Source: Paramecium tetraurelia (Eukaryota). From it: a stretch of 64,000 nucleotides of DNA. Positions within the stretch are counted from its first letter, which is position 1; each line of letters begins with the position of its first letter. The notes under the pieces were generated by a model. That model did no database searches. It was not told the origin of the DNA and saw nothing but the letters and a program-made list of their open reading frames with translations. Made by a program: the position numbers and the translations under genes. Location: the NCBI GenBank assembly GCA_000165425.1, contig CT868656.1, positions 124,001 to 188,000 of the forward strand, written 5' to 3'. Shown here piece after piece: positions 26,637 to 39,657 of the stretch.

Positions 26637-27189
26637 TCATTATAATATTAAAGATTTTATATTTGAAATCATGTTCTTTAAAATATCTTTGAATTCTGGA
26701 AATAATTAAACTGTCTCTATAATCTCCTCTCCTTGTGTGCTCTGTTATAGACTTTCTTTGTACAAAGTATCGTAATCTCTAGCATATTGATTGAAATCTT
26801 TACTTCCCCATTATTTGTGTCCATCTATATCGGAGAAATTTGTAGTATCGATTCTTTACAGTGCTGAGTGATTTTGATGGAAAATAAGTGGAAATAACTT
26901 TGAATTTGGGACCTAATTTTAATACAGAAGAAAGAATTAATCTATCTTCATTTGGAGTAAAGGATTCAGAAGCAGGAATTCTAGTTCTTCTACGCATGCC
27001 AGGTCTTTTTGCCTTTGAATATAGTCGCTTTCGTTTCATTCTCTTTTTGACAATTCTATTTTGTTTGTTGATTTTCGAAACTACTTTTTGCACATCACCT
27101 CTTTCTTTTTTACTAATTGATCGAGTTTGGGGGGGCTCATGACTATTAGTTTTTATCACCTATTCAACTTCATCTTCATTGTTGGACAT
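26637..27189 (-). CDS. Single-repeat Myb/SANT protein
   Basis: FTPNEDRLILSSVLKLGPKFKVISTYFPSKSLSTVKNRYYKFLR. One 25-nt intron. Confidence 0.9.
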
Positions 27190-27766
27190 GAAGATAATTA
27201 AGTAATTATCAGGAATTAAATTATTGAATTTCTGTTTTGTGATTTATACAAAATATTATTAAGATTTATTTGACTGTAATTCAAAATAAATTATCAGGCA
27301 TTAAACCCCAACCTCTCCTTGAGCCTCATCATAGTTATAGCTTCAAAATTATCATATTGCACCTCAAAAATGATTTTATGGCAAATTAATAATAAATCTT
27401 AAATCGCCAGTGAAACTTAGCAAATTCTTATTCTAAACTAAAATCTATACAACTCTGCTATGTTGTAGTAGCATATCGATGAATTATCAGATGACATGAA
27501 TTAAATCATTCAACCCCACTTATTATCCAGGCTAAGATATTCTAAATTATGTATTTCTAATATAAAACATGTTTTTAATATCATTATACAAAACATTTAA
27601 ATCTTTATTGAAGCAAAAACTACTAAATTGAAAAAAGTGTAATGGAAATAATATTGCTTAAAATGAGTAATATTAAAATTAAAACATTATAGCTGTTCTT
27701 ATAACTATATAAATTTAGAAGAAATTGATGGTTTAATTCATCTTATAATAAAAAATAAATAAATAA

Positions 27767-28417
27767 ATGGGAGGCTTTTGCCCAAGTTAAAATATCAAAG
27801 TCCTTCCATCGCCTGTAATTCAAGAAGAGATAATTGTGGACCCTCAAATAGAAATTATAACTTTCATTAATTAAGAAAACAACTACAAACTTAAATTAAC
27901 CCATAATTTCTCTCTAGAGAATCCAAGCTTATAAACGTGTGATGAAGTAATCTTAGAAATCCTCTCCATATCAATTTCCTTCATGGTTAAGGATTTTTCT
28001 GAATAATCAAACTTTCTTAAAATGCAAATATAAAAACAAGTCTAAGACTTAATGGATCAAAAAATCGATTTCCAAGAAGATCTTCTACAAATGCTTATCA
28101 ATTATTACGATTTCCTAAGCTATGTCTAGGAAAATGGTGCTACAAAAGTAATATCTTGGTGGAAGGATCCTATCAGCGTTGTTGACGTAGAATAAGCAAT
28201 AAAACATTGGTCTCAAGAATTTATTAAATACGGAGGCAAATTGAGAAGAGAAAGAGCTTTCAAAAAATTACATTAAGATCCAAAACCTCCTGAACGCTTT
28301 GTGAAAACAAGGGAATGGATCAAAAAACAATAAGAGGGATAGGAGGAGGAGATAAAACCAAAAAGGGAATCACTTGCAACTACTAGTAAGCTTGAAGAAG
28401 GGTTTGAAGAATCATGA
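27767..28417 (+). CDS. Hypothetical protein (216 aa) with possible N-myristoylation/palmitoylation start MGGFC
   Basis: Intronless code-6 ORF from ATG27767 to TGA28415-28417. Confidence 0.75.
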
Positions 28418-28755
28418 TGTTTTTTAGGGAATATTAATTTATATCTAATAATTAAATGGAATATTATACTTTCTGAAATAATTAAAACTGTTAAATCAAA
28501 CTTTGTCCTATGTTTTAAATGGTGAAATTACTACATCCATCAAAATTTGAGTTAAACATAATTAGATTTGAATCTTAATTTACCTTAGTTATTAGTATTT
28601 TCAATTTAATACACACGAGAGATACAAGAATTAACGTTATTCTTGATCCCTCTATATATTGAATCTTAATCAAAATAGTATAAGATTTAGAAAATTATAC
28701 TTTGAGTTTGGTGCTTAATTTGGAACACATATAATTTAATTAATTAAATATTAAA

Positions 28756-29178
28756 ATGGCTATCAATAATGGCATGGTTGTTCACTTTAGAGTTAACTGT
28801 GAATTTGTATTTAAAGGGTATCAACAGTATTAACATAAGATGGTCTACAACTTCCGATGAAACAGGATTGTTCTTTTTCGGATGTCTTATTGTAATGTTT
28901 TATTGTATGCTTCATATGAATCTCTACACTGTTAAGTTAATTTTACCAAAAAAGTAAAACCCATCTTTAATATAAGTTTGATTGTTGATATCTGTTGGTA
29001 TTTAGTATATGCACTATCAGGTATCATGGTTATGTAATTAATTATGACCATGAATGGATGGGTCAATGTTGCAGTTATTATCGGAAGCACTATAGGTTAT
29101 TCGATATAGGAATCTTGGTCATAAATTTATGAAAAAGAAAACTAAGCTCCTCCAGGAGGTTGTGAATTTTGTAATTGA
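28756..29178 (+). CDS. Ctr/SLC31 copper transporter
   Basis: FVFKGW, three TMs, MQLIM (MxxxM), GSTIG (GxxxG), C-terminal CEFC. Two introns (22, 23 nt). Confidence 0.88.
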
Positions 29179-29371
29179 GATCAAACATATTTTATAATCA
29201 TATAAATTCAACATACAATAATAAAACCCTTTATACATAATAAAAAACAAAACCTAATTTTGTAATTAAATCTGGATTAAGAATTATAAAGATTGAATAT
29301 AATATAAGGAACCAAGATCATTTCAAATAAGAATACTTACCTTTATTATTAAGTTTAAATTCATTATCAAC

Positions 29372-30394
29372 TCATTTATGTCTTTTTTTTGATTTTTCTC
29401 TTCTTTTTTATTTTTTAATGGGACTTTCCTCTCTCTTCTTATGCTTTTTGACAGACTTAGATCGAGATCTCTCCCTAGGTTTCTTTGCTGGTTTTACTTC
29501 TTCTAATAAAAATATTTGAATTGAATACCTTTCTTTTATTTTCTTCTTTTATCCTCTTCATCTTTTTCTACATGTTCTTCTTTAGGTTTTTTAGATATTT
29601 CTTCGCTTCTTGATCTTCTCAACTCACCAAGACCACCTCCAAGTCTACGGGGTCTCCATTTCAGAATTGTTCTTCCTCTTTCGATGTCAACAACCAACTT
29701 TCTTCCATCAATACGCTTATCTACTGCATATTTATATGCTTATTTAACACTGTTCTTGCTCTCATACTCTTTTAATTTAAGATCACCCCCTTACCAATGA
29801 ATGCATAGCCTCTAGGCTTATCTTATGTAGAATCTCGTATGATTCTTATTGATTTGATTGGTCCATATTCTTCAAATTCCTTACGCAATTTTTTATCAGT
29901 TGTGGCATAATTCAATCTGCCCACAAACAGTGTTTTATAAGGTTCAGATGTGATATTAGGATCTTCAAATGGATTCCATAATTACAACAACTTCTTTAAT
30001 TCCTCATTGTGTTGATGCTTCTTTTCTAATCTCTTTAGAATCTTAAGTGGTAATCGAGATGGTTTTATGATATCTTTTTTATTAATATAAAATTACCCTT
30101 CTCCCTTTCTTCTCTTTACATTTGCTCGTATTCATCTTCAAATTTATCTAGCATCCACTCAGCCTTTCTACCTAACCCTAAAATTGAGTCATATGCCCTG
30201 CATTCCAGCTTTGGCTAAGACTTAATGTGTGCTATTTAGGGAATAACAAAAATTGGTTGCATCTAATTGTTATAATGCTAACTTACATCAGGTGGGAAGT
30301 CGGGTTTTCTTATATTGGTTGCCTATTGCATTTAAACTGGATTGTTCATCATATGTGCAAGCGGCATCATAGGAGGCTATGCTTAATAATACAT
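29372..30394 (-). CDS. SNRNP70: U1 snRNP 70 kDa protein
   Basis: [51 protein letters not shown], with a basic tail. Several tiny introns. Confidence 0.95.
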
Positions 30395-30843
30395 TTTAAT
30401 TAATTTATTAATTAAAAAGAAAATTCAAACAATTATTTTAAGACAATAATTATGAATTTATCATCTGCTCTATTATTAAAATATTTAAATCAAAACCAAT
30501 TCTAATACTTTAATTGATAATATTATACTCTTCATTTTTTTATAATTCGCAGAATTTATCTAAAAAATGAACAAATTATCAGTCTTCTCACTTAAGTTGT
30601 TAAACTCTTAATGAACCTCATTTCATACAAAAATTGTGATTTAAGTTACAAAATAAAACAAAATTTTTATGGTCTATAACAAATTATTAAATTATGACAA
30701 CTATATCAATTTTTATATATAATTTATTGACCCATATTACCTATTAATATTTATTTTTGATGGGAGTTTGATTTAAATTTCCACCATGGTATCCTTATGG
30801 TATATAAAGAGAAAATACGAGTGAGAGAAAAAACTATCTCCTC

Positions 30844-31824
30844 TCATTTTACATTCAAATCAATGTCTTCCTATAATATAAAAATCAACTATCTTGTTTT
30901 CTAGTTTGAAATAACAAAAAATTCCATCATTATCAAGGTTTGAAGATATTAGTTATGAATTTATAGAAGGAATTATTTTGTTTTATTAAGAATCTACCTA
31001 TTTATAAAATAGAATTTTGGGAGCCTTTAACAAATATCAAAGAATTAGTTGAAATAAATATCTGTTATCAATAATTATAGTACTCAGAGCTCATTCTTGG
31101 GTTTTGAATATAGGCTTCATATTGATTAATATCCTTCATTTATTTAATCTTCTGGTACTATGCAACTAAATACTCTCTAATTTTCATTGCATATTCTGGT
31201 TTTTTTAAGTCTTCTTAATCCTAAATCTCGATAATATTTAGAGGAATATTAAATGTTTATTTTATTTTCTCATTAATTTTATTTAGTGTATTTTTCTAAT
31301 TTAGAATTATTTTTACCTCATATTATTTGATATCCATTGATTATTCTGTATCTGCAGGCATTTCAATAACTGATTCTAAATTTTATAGATTTTTCAGAGA
31401 GTTTGGTTTTATATCTTAAAACTGGTTAAATTAACTTGAATTATCAATTTATTATAATTATTGCTTCTATAATTGCTATTATTGATATTGTTATTATTAT
31501 TACTGCTATTGTTATTATTAATATTGTAATTATTGATTTTGTTATTACTAATATTGTAATTATTATTGCTATTGTTATTACTACAATTGATATTACTACT
31601 ATTGCTATTATTGTTATTGTTAATGCTATTATTGTTATTGCTATTATTGTTATTCCTATTATTACATTTATTAATACTATTATTGTTATGGTTATTAATA
31701 CTATTATTGCTATGATTATTAAGACTATTATTATTTTGGTTATTAACACTATTATTGTTATTGATATTATAACTATTGCTACTATTGATATTATTACTAT
31801 TGCTATAATTATTGTTAATACTAC

Positions 31825-31864
<40 letters not shown>

Positions 31865-33557
31865 AGTATTACTATTACTATTACTATTAGAATTATTATT
31901 TTTCCACTGGTAATTATGTTTGATTTTCAATTTTCATTTCTTTATTCTAAGCCTACCATTTTTGGGTAAAATTTTAATTATATTGAAAATTGAATTAACC
32001 TTTTTCTTAAGATTTACTTTAATTATCTTATTAGTTATTGTTCCACATAAATTTTGGAGCCTGTTTTTGTGTGTTTTAAAATTATTAAGAGTTAGCTGAT
32101 GTTTAATCAAATTAAGGAAAGTTAAAATTTGGTGGCAAATAAAAAGCAGTTTAATTGATTCCTTAACCAATTTAATTAAAATTTTATTGGAATTAACCTT
32201 AATTTATGAATAAGTGTTACATTATTTAAAATTTTCTTATTTGATTTCTTACATTTGACTTAGGACTTTTTAGTCCATTTTGCTTTCATCATTATTTTGT
32301 TGAATATTAGAATAAAATTCTGGACGATTACGAGTTGTTATCAATTATTAATTCAAGTTAGGAAAGTTAGGATAGAAATTTTTAGCTGTTTAATTTTAGT
32401 TCATACCTTAGTTTTGTTAAAATTTTTAAAATTATTAAAATTTCTATTTTACATCTGCATTCTAGCTATTATAGTTGATTTATTAGTTTCCTTGAACATC
32501 ATTCTTATTGTTTTATAAATTAGGACTTTACTTTTAATTTTATAAATTTTGTTGTTAATCTGAGCTTTCCGTAAAGTTTTATACTTCCGTTTATTATTAA
32601 ACAAACTCCAAAGGTCTAAAACTAAGATAAGCTTATTAGATTCTCATTTATGACTACTCTTTAATTTTTCCAAAATTGATTGCTGATTCTATTTTATATG
32701 TGTTTTATATTTATTGTATGGAAGGTCTTTCTGAAGCAACGTAGCTTAACATTTATTTTAATAAATCCTTATATTTAGTATCACATTGAAGTTAATCTAT
32801 CTTTAATTAAATGACGCTTTGATCTTATTAAGTGGATAAAATTTATTTTTATATATCCTCTAAAGTGACTCCATTAAATAAAGGCTCAGTAGTATAAAGC
32901 TCATAAATTAAGGCTCCTAAAGACCAGATGTCAGCTGATGAATCATAAAGTGTGGATTAAATAACTTCTGGAGCTTAATAATATGGTGTTCCAACATTCA
33001 TAGTTTGCATACTTTTCTTATCCAAATTTTAGGAATTACTACATTAGATTTCTTTAATTTCTCCAAAATCGCAAATTTTATAGTGATTTCTATTATATAG
33101 AGAATCAATTTAAATCAAAATATTTTCTGGCTTTAAGTCTCTATGAAAAAATTTTTACTATCTTAACACTTCGAGTTATCTGCAGATCTTTAATAATATA
33201 CATTATAAATACATCTGATAAAATCCTTTAAATATCTTGGGTCGATAATTTTTATTTCTATAATAATTAATATAGATTGCCTCCCGTACAATACTCTTAG
33301 ATTATTATTAAGCTATTTTTGTACTAAAAATATTCATAATGAATGAGTAAGGGCGCAAAATCTTATTGATTCTAGAAATACTTATTTAAGAAATTCATTT
33401 CGCTTGATTTCATTTTGAGAACTCTCTTCAAGGCATAGAATTTATTATCCTCTCCTTTTACTTGATACACGTATCCTTAACTTCCATTGTCCAAACATTT
33501 AATTATAGTATAGTTTGTGCGAGCTCCTGGAATTCTATCACAAGGAAAAAAGTGCAT
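30844..33557 (-). CDS. Ser/Thr protein kinase with very long poly-Gln region (3' end approximate)
   Basis: YALK, EYCTGGNL, HRDLKPEN, DFG, GTPYYQAPE, DIWSLG. Introns of 25, 23 and 22 nt inferred from frame. Confidence 0.88.
31440..31900 (-). repeat. Interrupted poly-Gln tract (~150 codons; TAA/TAG/CAA)
   Basis: Degenerate triplet repeat in the kinase reading frame. Confidence 0.9.
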
Positions 33558-34140
33558 TTAGTGTAATAAATTTAATAAATTAATAATAGTAAAACCAAGG
33601 TCATAAATTTAATAATACCGAGGAAATTTGAGAACATAATTTTTATAGAGAAGAGGGATCAATATTTCGATTTAAATGAGAAGAGAAATTAATCTCATAC
33701 AAAACTTCATTTTTGAATTTTAAACCAATATAGGAGGAATTTCAAATATACAATTCTTTAAAAATGAAATAATCCTCTATATTTTATTCATTCTGGTAAG
33801 TTGTGGATATGTCCAGAACATAGTTTATTTATTGGCTGATATGAAATTGTATTCATAAAAATTAATATATATTTACTTAATTTTACTTGATTTAAGTATT
33901 CAGATTATGTGATATTCTTAAAATTAATTATAACTAAAACTAAATCTAAATCAGTTTATTCATTTTATTTTGTGGTTAAGAAGATTTTTCTTTATAAATC
34001 TAATTTTTGTTTTAATATAACATATTAAATTAATGCCCATTGTAGGATTGATCAAAAGATAAGGAAATAGACTAATAAAACATAAGTATAATACTACTAA
34101 ATTAATATTGTAAAATTACAAATATAAAATAATGGCAAAT

Positions 34141-34497
34141 TCACAATTTGAATAACATCGTTTTTAAATGCAATAATTTTGATTAGAGATCATCTATTAG
34201 AGTTATCTTTAATTATAATTCTTCTTCAGTTTCAATAATTAAATTTTAGATAGTCTATTGACTTTGTTTTTCATTAGTCTATTTTTTAGATTCCCTAGAT
34301 TTGTTCGTTTATTTACGATTAGTTTTTATTATCTTTTTTCTAATTGATCTCTATTAATTGTTAGGAGAAATAAGTTGGTAAGAAATAGCGCAAATGTTTT
34401 ACAATTCTTGACAAACAAACTCAATGTTCTGATTTTCTGAAGCTTTTTGTTATAAAATTGTTGTCGTAGCTTCAGATGGCTCGGTTTTGATTTACAT
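34141..34497 (-). CDS. Small hypothetical protein (118 aa)
   Basis: MQIKTEPSE...RSIRKKIIK...LIDDLQSKLLHLKTMLFKL* is open in code 6. Confidence 0.6.
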
Positions 34498-34955
34498 TAG
34501 TTATTTGGATGAGTAGAAAATTTGATAAATTTTATTAATATGTGGAAATATTCAAAAATGTATTCATAATCTGTTTAATCTATTTTGATAATAGGTATTT
34601 ATAGAATAAATGAAATTAAAATAAATTTTATTGATTTTGATGAACTGAAAATGACAGAACATTAAGTCTGGATTATAATGAAATAATCTCTAGGATAATA
34701 TTTTGAAAATCTGAGAAAGAAAAGTATAAAACTAATTAAATCAATCTTTCAGAATTTTATTAAAATAACATCCAAATTAATATAACTTAGATTAAATTTA
34801 AAATAATGATATATAATCAAGCTGTTAAAAAATTAAGATTTGGATTAATAGAAGAAGAAGATATCATATTTTATTCATTTTTTTAGTATAAAGATCAGAT
34901 GGAATGTTTAAAATATCTAACTTTTATAATTTTTTATTTCATTTATTAATATAAA

Positions 34956-35576
34956 ATGATCAGAATCGTTTTTGGTTTCTTGTTTATTAGTAATTTTTGT
35001 GCATATCGAATTAACGAGAATTTAATATAAGAAAGGCAAGGACAACTTAATGAAAATAATGAATTGTAAGCGTAAGAGTACTCTGAAAAATTATAATAGT
35101 GCTTTGATAATGAATTAGAAGCAAAGCATGAATTAGAGAATGGTAACTCAATTAAAGTATTTTGAGTAATGAAGTTTGATGAAAACACTATAGGATTTGG
35201 AGATGGAGTTGATGTATATGAATAGGAGGAGAAGAGAGAACTCAAGGATTCAAAAAAGGGAAATAAAATATTTGGATTTGGAAAAGGTAAAAATGTTTAT
35301 GAAGAGGAAGAGAGAAAAGAATAGAATAATGTTAATGACAAGGTTAGAGGATTTGGAAAAGGAGAAGATGTTTATGAAGATGTTTAGGAGATTAATAAAG
35401 ATGTCGATGGATTTGGCAAAGGAGTGGAAGTTTATGAGGTTGAAAAACAAGAAAAGGAGTCGTCAGAAGAGAATGGATTTGGAGAGGCTCTTGGAACAAT
35501 TGATGATTATGAGTAATAAATGGAGGATTAGGACTCATATGTTCAATTGTCTGGAAATTTAAGAAGGAAAGCATGA
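34956..35576 (+). CDS. Secreted acidic protein with five GFGxGxxVYE-type repeats (~198 aa)
   Basis: Signal peptide MIRIVFGFLFISNFCA. A 24-nt stop-containing intron at 35143-35166. Repeats GFGDGVDVYE, GFGKGKNVYE, GFGKGEDVYE, GFGKGVEVYE, GFGEALGTIDDYE. Confidence 0.85.
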
Positions 35577-35661
35577 TTATTCATATTACTGTTTGCATAA
35601 AAGAGGAACATCAATAATATAGGAAAATATGGCTTATATGTTATATAAACGATTATGATAA

Positions 35662-36602
35662 TCAATCTCTATCAAAGAGTCTGTCCAAAAAGCTCTTTTA
35701 TTTCTATTGTGGTTATTGGGCTGGTTATGGTCTTGGATTTTGAGCCTTTTGATTTAAATAAAGTCATACTTGAGTTCTGTCTAATGGTTATTGGGGTCTA
35801 GCTTAAGGGACTGTTCTGGTTGGTACTTAGGTCTAGGCTAATGGAAGACTGGCAACTGGAGCAGGAACATAGGTTGTTTGTTAAAGTGGAGCTGGGGCAT
35901 ATTGGACTGGTTATGAAGCATATTGGACTGGTTATGGTGCGTATTGGACTGGTTGTTGGACATATTGAACTGGTTATGGAGCATATTAGACTGGTTGAAC
36001 GACTGATTGAGTAACCACTTATTAGACTGGTTGGGCAACAACTTATTAGACTTATTGTTGATGAACAACTTGTCTCTCGACTGGATAATACTCAACTCTT
36101 TCTTGGTATCTATCTACAGGAACATATTCTGGAAATTTAAATTTTTAAATGTCATACCTGTAAATTTTTCTTAGAAGACTTATGGAACATATTCTGTTTG
36201 ATATTCAACTGCGTAATAATCAGTAACAAATTTCTCTCTTGGCACTTAGATTCTTTATCTCACTTCTTCATATTCAAGCACAGTTTTCTCATATGGAACA
36301 TATTCGATTCTGCTCTCACCTTTGATTGTTGGTTATGCAACAACAGATTGAGCAACAACTGGTTGAGCAACGACTGGTTGGGCAACGACTTGTTGAGGTA
36401 CATAGGTTTAAGGGACCACTTATTGAGGTACATAGGTTTATGGGACGACCTATTGGACGACAGGGGGAGCATAGGAATATCTCAATGGTGAAAGAGGAGC
36501 ACCATATGGTTAAGCATAGCTGGGTTATCCATAATATGGTTGTGGTGCTTATGGTGGTTGTTGTGCTTGTTGTGGATGTTATGATTGTGGGATATTGCTC
36601 AT
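35662..36602 (-). CDS. EPI: Epiplasmin (membrane-skeleton protein)
   Basis: Core IKGESRIEYVPYEKTVLEYEEVRQRIQVPREKFVTDYYAVEYQTEYVPQV flanked by P/V/Q/Y-rich repeats (PVQYAPQ). Ends KSFLDRLFDRD*. Confidence 0.9.
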
Positions 36603-36670
36603 ATAAATTTTATTTAAAAGTTGAGAGGGAAAAAAAGATATGAATTAGGACTTATAATTAATTAATATAA

Positions 36671-38060
36671 ATGAATTTGGAGGAATAACTAAAAGAGTCA
36701 ATAGAACGAGAATCAGATGATAATGAAAAGAATGATAAGAAAGATTAAGTCTAGCAACCAGAACAAAAGAAAAAAAAGAAGAAGAATAAAAAGAAAAAGA
36801 AATGGGGAGAGGAAGGTAATTTCAAATTAAATAAAATTAATAGAGGAAATACTTACAGATTTTGATGATGATTGGCAAAATAAAATTAAATAATCTAAAA
36901 TTTTGTAAGATCCAGACCTCCCTCAACATATTAAGGAGAAGTATGCTATTTATGAAAATAATCCATTTATGATGATTATTTCAAATGTGCCTTTGAATGT
37001 TTAACTAAAAGAATTGGAAGAGTATTTTAATACGCTCATTACTTCTCTTGATCCAAAAATAAGTATGATAATCCCTGAATTTAGATGACAGACCAATCAA
37101 ATCTATTGAATATGGTGCCACTAAGTCCTGGGTTGTTTTGGAATGCAGTTCCAAAGAAGCAAAAAGAGCGTTAGTAACTCAGGATTAAGTTTAATTTGTT
37201 AACAATTGCAAAATTAAGGTGGAGAGACCAAGGAAATTTTTGGAGAGAATTCTGAACCCCCAAACCAAAGACGGAGAGCTTAATCCAGATTAAAAACAAG
37301 AGGATAACACCAGATTATATTTGGGTGGATTGCCTACGTATTTAAGGGATGAAGATGTTATGAAATTAATTTAATCCTTTGGAATAACCAAGTATTTCAA
37401 TCTAGTCAAGGACACTACTTCTAATACAGAAATTTCGAAGGGTTATTGTTTTTTTGAATATGAAAACGCTCAGTCTACAGCCAAGGCTCTTAAAGCTCTC
37501 AATAACTTATAAATCGGAGATAAGAAGTTGAAGATTTGTAAGGTATAAGGAGAAACTCAATAAAATAAAAAAATAAATGGGAAGGATCAACCATCCAATT
37601 ATGCTGGTTCATTCTTAGCTTCTTGTGATTTACTTAGAATACCTTAAGTTTAATAGATGTTAACAATTCCACAATCAGCTTTGATACCTAGCAAGGTCGT
37701 TTAATTTTTGAATATGGTATTGTATGTTCTTATTCATTGATAGTGCTCCATTTAGGATTTATATGAGGATGACATTTTCGAGGAATTGATGGAAGATATA
37801 AGGAGTGAATGCATGCGTTATGGATAAATCGAAAAAATCGAGATTCCCAGACCTGATAAGGAATCAGGGTATTTATGATTGTTAATATTAGCTTCTGCAA
37901 TCCTGCTGTTGGAAAAATATTTGTTAAGTTTTATTATTAAATTCCTGCAAAGAAGGCCAAATTTCATTTAGCTGGTCGTACATATAATAAGAGAACTATT
38001 ATTACTTCATTTTATCCTGAAGAATAATTTGATTATAAAGACTATTTGATAAATGGATGA
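36671..38060 (+). CDS. U2AF2: U2AF large subunit (U2AF65)-like splicing factor
   Basis: RRM2 RLYLGGLPTYL..FNLVKD..SKGYCFFEY and UHM PSKVVQFLNM..EDIRSECMRYGQIEKIEIPRP..VGKIFVKF..LAGRTYNKRTIITSFY. Four introns. Confidence 0.93.
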
Positions 38061-38223
38061 TTTAATAATTATGATATAATTTGTTAATGATGATCTAATA
38101 CAAAAAAAACAATAAGCATAATCTCCTATATCAAGTAAATAACTATAGGATATTGAATAAACATAGCCAAAATAATTAGATGTATACAAAAACCGAGATT
38201 AAAATATGATTAAATAATTTATT

Positions 38224-39623
38224 ATGCAATAATAAACATACCTTGAGAGTAGTTTCAGTAGTCATAGCAGCAGTAGTAGTGAAAACGAAAATAAGGATGT
38301 TCCTTTCTCTCCTGTATTTATATCTCTTAATACTTAAGTTTAGGGATGCAAATGAGATACAACTACTGTCAGAGTAATTTGATATAACAAAGTGGTCCAA
38401 ACACGTTTTGCCTCAACAATCATAAGTAGAGAAGACTCCAAAGCCTAATAAAAAGCAAGTGGCCAAAAAAACTAAGATTAAAGTCAATACATCATCTTCC
38501 ATTTCACCTTAGAAAAAGAAATCTAAAATCAAGAGAGTATATAGACCAACCCTCTATGTAGCCCAAAATGAAAGACATTAAGCCCTTAAATTTAGAAAGT
38601 GAGAAGCATCTGTTTTTTGCCATGAAAGCTGCGTACAATCCATAATTTGAATACGTCGAAGTTAAGGTTTGTATCTACTTTTTATTCCAAAGGAACTTGG
38701 GCCAGAATAACCTCATCGAAAGTACGAAGAAATTGCATTAAAAATTATTGATCAATGCATTAAAGAATTTGGTTCCGATTTGAAATATGCTGAACAAGAA
38801 GGAGGCAAATTATTATCAATAGAAGAAACCGAGCATTTCTTTAATGATTATATCCATAAACTAGGTGTTTAAGATTTGATATCCTATGAATTTCAAGATC
38901 ATACTGTAGCTCCTACTAGTGTAGTGCATAATCCAACTGATGGCAAAAGCAAAGTAATTATTGGGTTGCCAATCAACTATCGCATCAATCGAATTGAAGG
39001 AGTTCTGAATCACGAGATAGGCACCCACTTCATTAGAAAAATAAATGATCGCTAATAGCAATGGTACAAGAAAAGGTATAAATTCAATTGATCAAGAGCT
39101 AAATATCATTTGGAACCATACTTAAAACATGAAGAAGGATTGGCAGTCTTGAATCAAGTACTTCCATAAGCTCTTAAATAGAAAGGCAAACCTTACTTAT
39201 TCATGGCTGCTTTGCATTATATTTCTGTATTTTATATTATCATTGAATAAGTCAATAATGGCTAGTTAAATGAGTTTTGCAAAGTTGTTTCATGAATTAA
39301 GATACTTCATTTAAGATGATGAGGCTAGATTTCGTGAGTGCCTGAGAGTCAAGAGAGGATTGAAAGATACATCATAACCAGGAGGAATGTACAAGGATTA
39401 AGTATACTTGACAGGAGCAATTAAAATACTTAAATATCGAGGGAAATTAAATTTTATTCATTTGCATAGTGGTAAAATAACAATAAAGGATTGTATTCGT
39501 TTGGGAGAGATAGGATAAATATTTACAAAAAATATCTATATTCCACCTTTTTTATAAGAACTTGATCAATATAAAAGAGGATTGGATAAGATAGCATAAT
39601 AAAATTTCATTAATTTTGTATGA
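38224..39623 (+). CDS. MATCAP/KIAA0895(L)-like (DUF1704) metallopeptidase
   Basis: IKPLNLESEK..YNPQFEY, GVLNHEIGTHF, EEGLA, CLRVKRGLKDTS.PGG.YKDQVYLTG, LHSGKI. About five introns. Confidence 0.88.
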
Positions 39624-39657
39624 TAATAAGAATATTAATTAAATCAAAAATTAATTA

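Noticed and set aside
31409..31969. Three overlapping poly-Asn/poly-Ile ORFs
   Set aside because: Alternative frames of the kinase poly-Gln tract; the coding frame is the TAA/TAG one.
35820..36643. 21-nt and 15-24-nt tandem DNA repeats that could suggest a CRISPR-like or satellite array
   Set aside because: They encode the PVQYAPQ and VVAQP repeats of epiplasmin, and there are no unique spacers.
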